Below, in pieces: positions 24,242 to 28,716 of a stretch of DNA of 28,716 bases. Each line of letters starts with the position of its first letter. Position 1 is the first letter of the stretch. Origin of the DNA: a virus (taxonomy: Duplodnaviria; Caudoviricetes); the IMG/VR virus record IMGVR_UViG_3300030207_003699, positions 1-28,716 of that record, one strand, 5' to 3'. The position numbers were made by a program, and so were the translations under genes. The notes beneath the pieces are model-generated. The model was not told the origin of the DNA. It made no database searches and saw only the letters and a program-made list of their open reading frames with translations.

Positions 24242-27200
24242 ATGAGTGATTTTTATAAATTTGAAGGCACAACATACGAAGTAGGTCCCAATAGTTTAGA
24301 GTCTTTTTTGCAAAAGTTTCCTGGAGCTGAAAAAACAAATGATCCTAGCAAAATTATTACTACAGCTTTAGACCCAAGCACTATTATTCCTGATGATCAA
24401 ATATTACCTGGTGATGGTATACTAACTCCAGAACAAGAAACTCAACAGAAAAAAGATGCTGCTGCTGAAAAAATAGCAAGAGACGCTTTGTTAGATATTG
24501 GAGTTACGGCAACTAGAATACCAAAGTTTGCATTGCCATACGTAACTAATTTTACCGGTGGTGCCGCTGGTCTTGTTAGTGGTATTTTTAAAAGTGTAGA
24601 AGCTACAGCTAAAAATATAGTTGGTATGTCTGCTGAAGAGCAAAGAGAAGACGGTGTAAATCCTATATCAATAGCGCTAGATAGTTTTCACGATTTTACA
24701 GATGCTTTTGATACAAAGTATTACGACGAACAAGGTAGCCGTTTGCAAGTTGATCAGTTAATAGAAAGAGGAGAATATGGTAAAGCAGCTATAATAGGTT
24801 CAGAGCAAGCGGCCGAGTCTGCGCCATCTATGATAGCTAGCGCTTATAATCCTTTGCTTGGTGGTGCTTTAATGGGTGTGTCTACCGCTGGTACAACTTA
24901 TTATGATGATTTAGAAAATAGACCTGACGCTGCTATTAACGATGTTATAAAAAACTCTGTAATAGCAGGTAGTTCTGAATTTCTTACAGAGCTAGCTGGT
25001 GGATATGCGTTTAGAAGAATTGGTAAAATTGGTGAAAAACTAAAAGGAACTGGTAATGCAAGTAAAGTAGCTAAAGAATACACTAAAAGTTTTGCTAAAA
25101 AATTTATATCTAGAACTCTTACTGCTGGTATTGGTGAGGCAGCAACTGAGGGTTTAAACTCTGCCTTACAAGATTTAGGTGAAGATTGGGTTTATGATGA
25201 GGCTTTTGATAAAAAACAATTTGTTAGTAACATTATAAATAGCGTAGTTCCAGCTTTAATGTTGGGTGGTTTTGGTGGTGGTATGTCTACATTAAAAAAA
25301 CAAGATCGTATGGATCTCTATAAGTTTACCGCAGATGGTAAATGGAAAAGAGAATATATGAAAATGGGCCAAGAAATATACGAAGCATCTAATGATTATA
25401 AAAATGCTGATAGCAAAGGAGTAAAAGCTATATTTAAAATTAAGCTAGATAAATTACAGAAACAAAAACAAAAACATGAGCAAGACTTGTTTGATGCTAT
25501 GGACAACTTGTCTGATAAAGAGCTTACTGATAGAGCTAAAAGAATAGACAAAATAAATAAAAACGCTGGTATTGTTGGTAACAATAAATATTCACAAACA
25601 GCACAAAAAGAAGCAGAACAAGAAACTTTAAAGTTGCTACAAGAAAATTATGATACTTTAGGCCTTGAATATACTGCTCAAGATATTTCTATTGATAAAA
25701 TAATAAGTGAAAGCTTAAAAGCTAGTGAAAGACTAGATCCTATGTTAAAAAAGTTAAAAGGTGTAAATAAAGAAGACCTTGAAACTCAAGTGATAAGAAC
25801 AGATAAAGATTTAGAAGCTTTACCTGAAAACATAAGAAAACAAGTTGAATCTGGTGATGGTTATTTTTTAGCTAAAGATAAAGATGGTAAAGCTAAGATA
25901 TATATAAACTCTAGAATAGCGGGGTTAACAGGTGCTACAAATGTAGTTGCTCACGAGCTGCTACACTATATGATTTCTAGAAAATTTAAGACTGATAACA
26001 AGTCTATGCAACCGTTTGTAGACAGTTTAAAAAATTATTTGCAAGAAAACCATAGTGAAGTTTATACTAGATTACAAACTAGAATAGATAATTTTTATAA
26101 AAATCCAGACGGTACTATAAAAGACGGCGCGTTAGAAGAGTATTTAGAAATATTTTCTGATTTAATTGCAACACAAAAAATAGATTTAAAAGAAAACGAA
26201 TCAAAAGGTTTTAGAGATAACGTAAAAGATATTGTTTTAGGTTTTGGAATTGGTGAAGTTCAGCTAGATACAGCTCAAGATTTTATAAAGTTTATAAGAG
26301 CTTACAATAAAAATATAAATAGAAAAGGTTTACTTGGTAAACTTATGGGTACTAAAATACTAGATGTTAAGTTAAAAAGTGAAACTTTACAAGAAGGCAC
26401 TCCGACTGAACAAACTATTAAAAAATCTATAACAGAAGATACGTTTGATAAAATAAATAATCTTATACCAGAGGATATAAAAACAAAAGATGATTTTGAC
26501 AAATTCTTTAGTGATCCTACGAGAAACAAAGAGTTAGGTAAAGCTTTAGCGCCAGGCGGTTTAATAGACAATGTTGTAAAACAAAAAAGCGTTGGTGATG
26601 AATATGAAAAAACTATAGATGGTGTTAGAGATAGAGTTATGGGTTACGATCCTGCTGCAAAAAGAAAAACAGGTGATGAAACGCCTGTAACGTTTGCTGA
26701 AAGAATATTTGCTGATACTAGATTTGCTCGTATGGATGCTAGAAAAGCTTTAGCAACTAAAAAACCTACTACTACTATAGATACAAAAGAGGCTAAAGAG
26801 TTAGTTGAAGAAACAACAGTTCAAGAAGAAGATTTAAGTATAACAAAAGCTAGAAAGTTAAAAAACTTTGATATTGAACTTGAAGATGGTTTAGTAGATG
26901 CTGAAATAGAGGCAGAAGTTGAGTCTTTAATAGAACAAAACCCTAAAGACTTAAAAGAGCGTTTAGATAAATTAGTTAAAAAAGATTTTAGAAAAAAGCT
27001 TGATAACGCTGTAGGTAAAATACGTAAAACTAAAGGCAAGGTTGAAATTGATCCAGAATATGAAGCTTTTATTAGAGATGAGTACAACGAAATAGTAAAC
27101 AGCTTTAGTATAGTACAAATAAGAACTACGTATAAAAATTTATTTGATCGTGAAAAAGTTGGTGTTGAAGATGTTAAAAAAATTGATCCTCAAACAGGTA

Positions 27201-28716
27201 AAGTAACTTATTTTAGAAAAGATAAATTTATAAATAAAATAAATAAACCTAAGTTTATAAAGTATTTTACGCAAGGTGGTTTTACAACTATAAGAGAAAG
27301 AAGAAGTAGTTTATTAACTCGTATTGCTGAGAGAAAAACAGATATAGTTATAGATAATTATATTGAAAGAAACTCAAAAGATATAAATAAAGTTGTTCAA
27401 GCTAAGTTAAGAAGTTTGTCTAGAACAGAAGACAATGCTTTAAACGAATTAAAAACTTTTGATACTATTAAATACTCTATAACCGCAGAGTTTAACGCTA
27501 TTAAAGATGCTATAAAAGGAGGTAAAGAATATATAAATCCAAATTTTAAAAACTCAAAACCACAAAGTTTTGCTGATGATGGTAGAGTGTATGAACAAGC
27601 ATTTGCTAATTATTTTCATAAATTAGGTATACCGGGTTTAAAAGTTGTATCAACTCGTATTGGTGAATCTGGTGGAATGGCTGATTTTGTTTTTAAAATT
27701 TTAGGAGATGTAGAAAACCATGAAATAAAAGCTGGTTTAAATCAAGTTTTTATGGGTAGTACATTAATAAGTAACTACAATCTTGAAACAGGTGAATTTA
27801 CTTTAGCTAATGACGCACAACTTGGCATCGAAGGTTTAGATAGTTTAATGAAAAACGAAGTAAAATCTAAGCTAAAAAAAATAACAGATTTTGTAAACGA
27901 AGAAATAAATATTTACAACGAAAATAATAACACCAATATTAAATCTATAAATAGTATAATAAAAGGTAAGTGGAAAACAGTTGAAAATTATAATTATTTT
28001 CCTGATGAAATATATCAAAAAATTAATAAAAAGTTTGGAAATAAAGAGTTAGCCGTAAAAATAGTAAAAGATACGCCTTCAAAAAAAGGTCCTATAAGAA
28101 CTAATTATTTAACTAAAGTTGATAAAGATGGTGTACCTGTTAATTCAATGACTATTTTAAATACACCGCAATTTGGTAATGCTACTTTTAGTCTTAGTGA
28201 TAATTCGTTGCTTAACATGGGTAAAAAACCAGCGCCTGGACTTGAAGCAGATGTAGAAGTTAGAATTAGTGTTGGTACTTCAGGTCATAAAATGATTAAT
28301 GGTGTAAAGTCTAGAAAGCTTCAAGTGCGTTTGCAACTTAAAATAAACAAACTATTAAATAAAAAAAATGATGTAATAGATATTACTAGCACAAAAGACT
28401 TTATGGATGCTACTATAAACGTAGGTATTACAAAGCCAGATATTAAGTCTATTAAAAGTTTAGAAAAAGCAAAACAATTAGCTGGTAAAAGTAGTATTTC
28501 AGCTAGAGGTATGAGTACTTTTGATTTTGATGAAACGCTTATAGATAAAGGTGAAAACTTTATAATAGCAAAAGATCCTAGTACAGGAGAAGAAGTTAAA
28601 ATAAGTAGTGGTAATTGGCCGTTAGAAGGACCTAGATACGCAGAGCAAGGTTATGAGTTTGATTTTACTGATTTTGTTAACGTAAGAGGTGGTGTTGAAG
28701 GCCCTTTATTACAAAA
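24242..28716 (+). CDS. Giant multidomain (polyvalent) putative ejected virion protein, 3'-truncated, >1491 aa: hydrophobic helices, zincin, PD-(D/E)xK and HAD motifs
   Basis: Absent from the track because it has no stop in the window. Manual translation from ATG 24242 (MSDFYKFEGTTYEVG...) stays open to the end (...GGVEGPLLQ). Motifs: HELLH 25952-25966; G..YE/AD/EIK 27581-27730; FDFDETL 28520-28540. Confidence 0.88.
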   Translation, partial: MSDFYKFEGTTYEVGPNSLESFLQKFPGAEKTNDPSKIITTALDPSTIIPDDQILPGDGILTPEQETQQKKDAAAEKIARDALLDIGVTATRIPKFALPYVTNFTGGAAGLVSGIFKSVEATAKNIVGMSAEEQREDGVNPISIALDSFHDFTDAFDTKYYDEQGSRLQVDQLIERGEYGKAAIIGSEQAAESAPSMIASAYNPLLGGALMGVSTAGTTYYDDLENRPDAAINDVIKNSVIAGSSEFLTELAGGYAFRRIGKIGEKLKGTGNASKVAKEYTKSFAKKFISRTLTAGIGEAATEGLNSALQDLGEDWVYDEAFDKKQFVSNIINSVVPALMLGGFGGGMSTLKKQDRMDLYKFTADGKWKREYMKMGQEIYEASNDYKNADSKGVKAIFKIKLDKLQKQKQKHEQDLFDAMDNLSDKELTDRAKRIDKINKNAGIVGNNKYSQTAQKEAEQETLKLLQENYDTLGLEYTAQDISIDKIISESLKASERLDPMLKKLKGVNKEDLETQVIRTDKDLEALPENIRKQVESGDGYFLAKDKDGKAKIYINSRIAGLTGATNVVAHELLHYMISRKFKTDNKSMQPFVDSLKNYLQENHSEVYTRLQTRIDNFYKNPDGTIKDGALEEYLEIFSDLIATQKIDLKENESKGFRDNVKDIVLGFGIGEVQLDTAQDFIKFIRAYNKNINRKGLLGKLMGTKILDVKLKSETLQEGTPTEQTIKKSITEDTFDKINNLIPEDIKTKDDFDKFFSDPTRNKELGKALAPGGLIDNVVKQKSVGDEYEKTIDGVRDRVMGYDPAAKRKTGDETPVTFAERIFADTRFARMDARKALATKKPTTTIDTKEAKELVEETTVQEEDLSITKARKLKNFDIELEDGLVDAEIEAEVESLIEQNPKDLKERLDKLVKKDFRKKLDNAVGKIRKTKGKVEIDPEYEAFIRDEYNEIVNSFSIVQIRTTYKNLFDREKVGVEDVKKIDPQTGKVTYFRKDKFINKINKPKFIKYFTQGGFTTIRERRSSLLTRIAERKTDIVIDNYIERNSKDINKVVQAKLRSLSRTEDNALNELKTFDTIKYSITAEFNAIKDAIKGGKEYINPNFKNSKPQSFADDGRVYEQAFANYFHKLGIPGLKVVSTRIGESGGMADFVFKILGDVENHEIKAGLNQVFMGSTLISNYNLETGEFTLANDAQLGIEGLDSLMKNEVKSKLKKITDFVNEEINIYNENNNTNIKSINSIIKGKWKTVENYNYFPDEIYQKINKKFGNKELAVKIVKDTPSKKGPIRTNYLTKVDKDGVPVNSMTILNTPQFGNATFSLSDNSLLNMGKKPAPGLEADVEVRISVGTSGHKMINGVKSRKLQVRLQLKINKLLNKKNDVIDITSTKDFMDATINVGITKPDIKSIKSLEKAKQLAGKSSISARGMSTFDFDETLIDKGENFIIAKDPSTGEEVKISSGNWPLEGPRYAEQGYEFDFTDFVNVRGGVEGPLLQ

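Noticed and set aside
192-27087. Short minus-strand and alternate-frame ORFs in the track (e.g. 1350-1715, 3074-3424, 9161-9478, 17812-18021, 20655-21140, 26302-26571, 26821-27087)
   Set aside because: All lie within or almost entirely overlap long, coherent + strand genes, including the unlisted 24242+ ORF, and read like antisense or off-frame shadows with no motifs.
28520-28540. FDFDE as a possible virion RNA polymerase catalytic loop (DFDxD, as in crAss-like phages)
   Set aside because: It lacks the third Asp and fits HAD motif I (DxDxTL) better. No RNAP motif is visible in the window, though one could lie downstream.
1-28716. Alternative genetic code (TAG or TGA reassignment)
   Set aside because: Genes up to 9.4 kb are intact under the standard bacterial code and coding density is near complete.

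Overview
An AT-rich, tightly packed virion morphogenesis module of a tailed dsDNA phage with podovirus-like architecture; all credible genes are on the + strand. The gene order resembles crAss-like or marine Cellulophaga-type phages, and the host is probably a Bacteroidota/Flavobacteriia member (inferred from A/T-rich leaders without Shine-Dalgarno sites and Cys-flanked FN3 domains). Order: 5'-truncated terminase large subunit, portal, acidic scaffold-like protein, major capsid protein, terminator, 283-aa protein, hairpin, 54-aa CGC microprotein (missing from the ORF track), two adaptor/tail-ring-like proteins, a 3131-aa tail stabilisation/nozzle-like protein with Cys-rich GCxD repeats and two FN3 domains, 122-aa and 686-aa tail proteins, and two probable ejection proteins. 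A giant ORF absent from the track (24242 to the window end, >1491 aa, translated by hand) follows. It strings together Gly-rich hydrophobic helices, an HExxH zincin, a possible sigma region 2-like segment, a PD-(D/E)xK nuclease and a HAD phosphatase motif, with a repeated TIK[K/Y]SIT linker between some domains. This candidate virion-injected, possibly self-processing polyvalent effector is the most interesting element. All functional calls come from motif recognition and gene context; no database searches were run.
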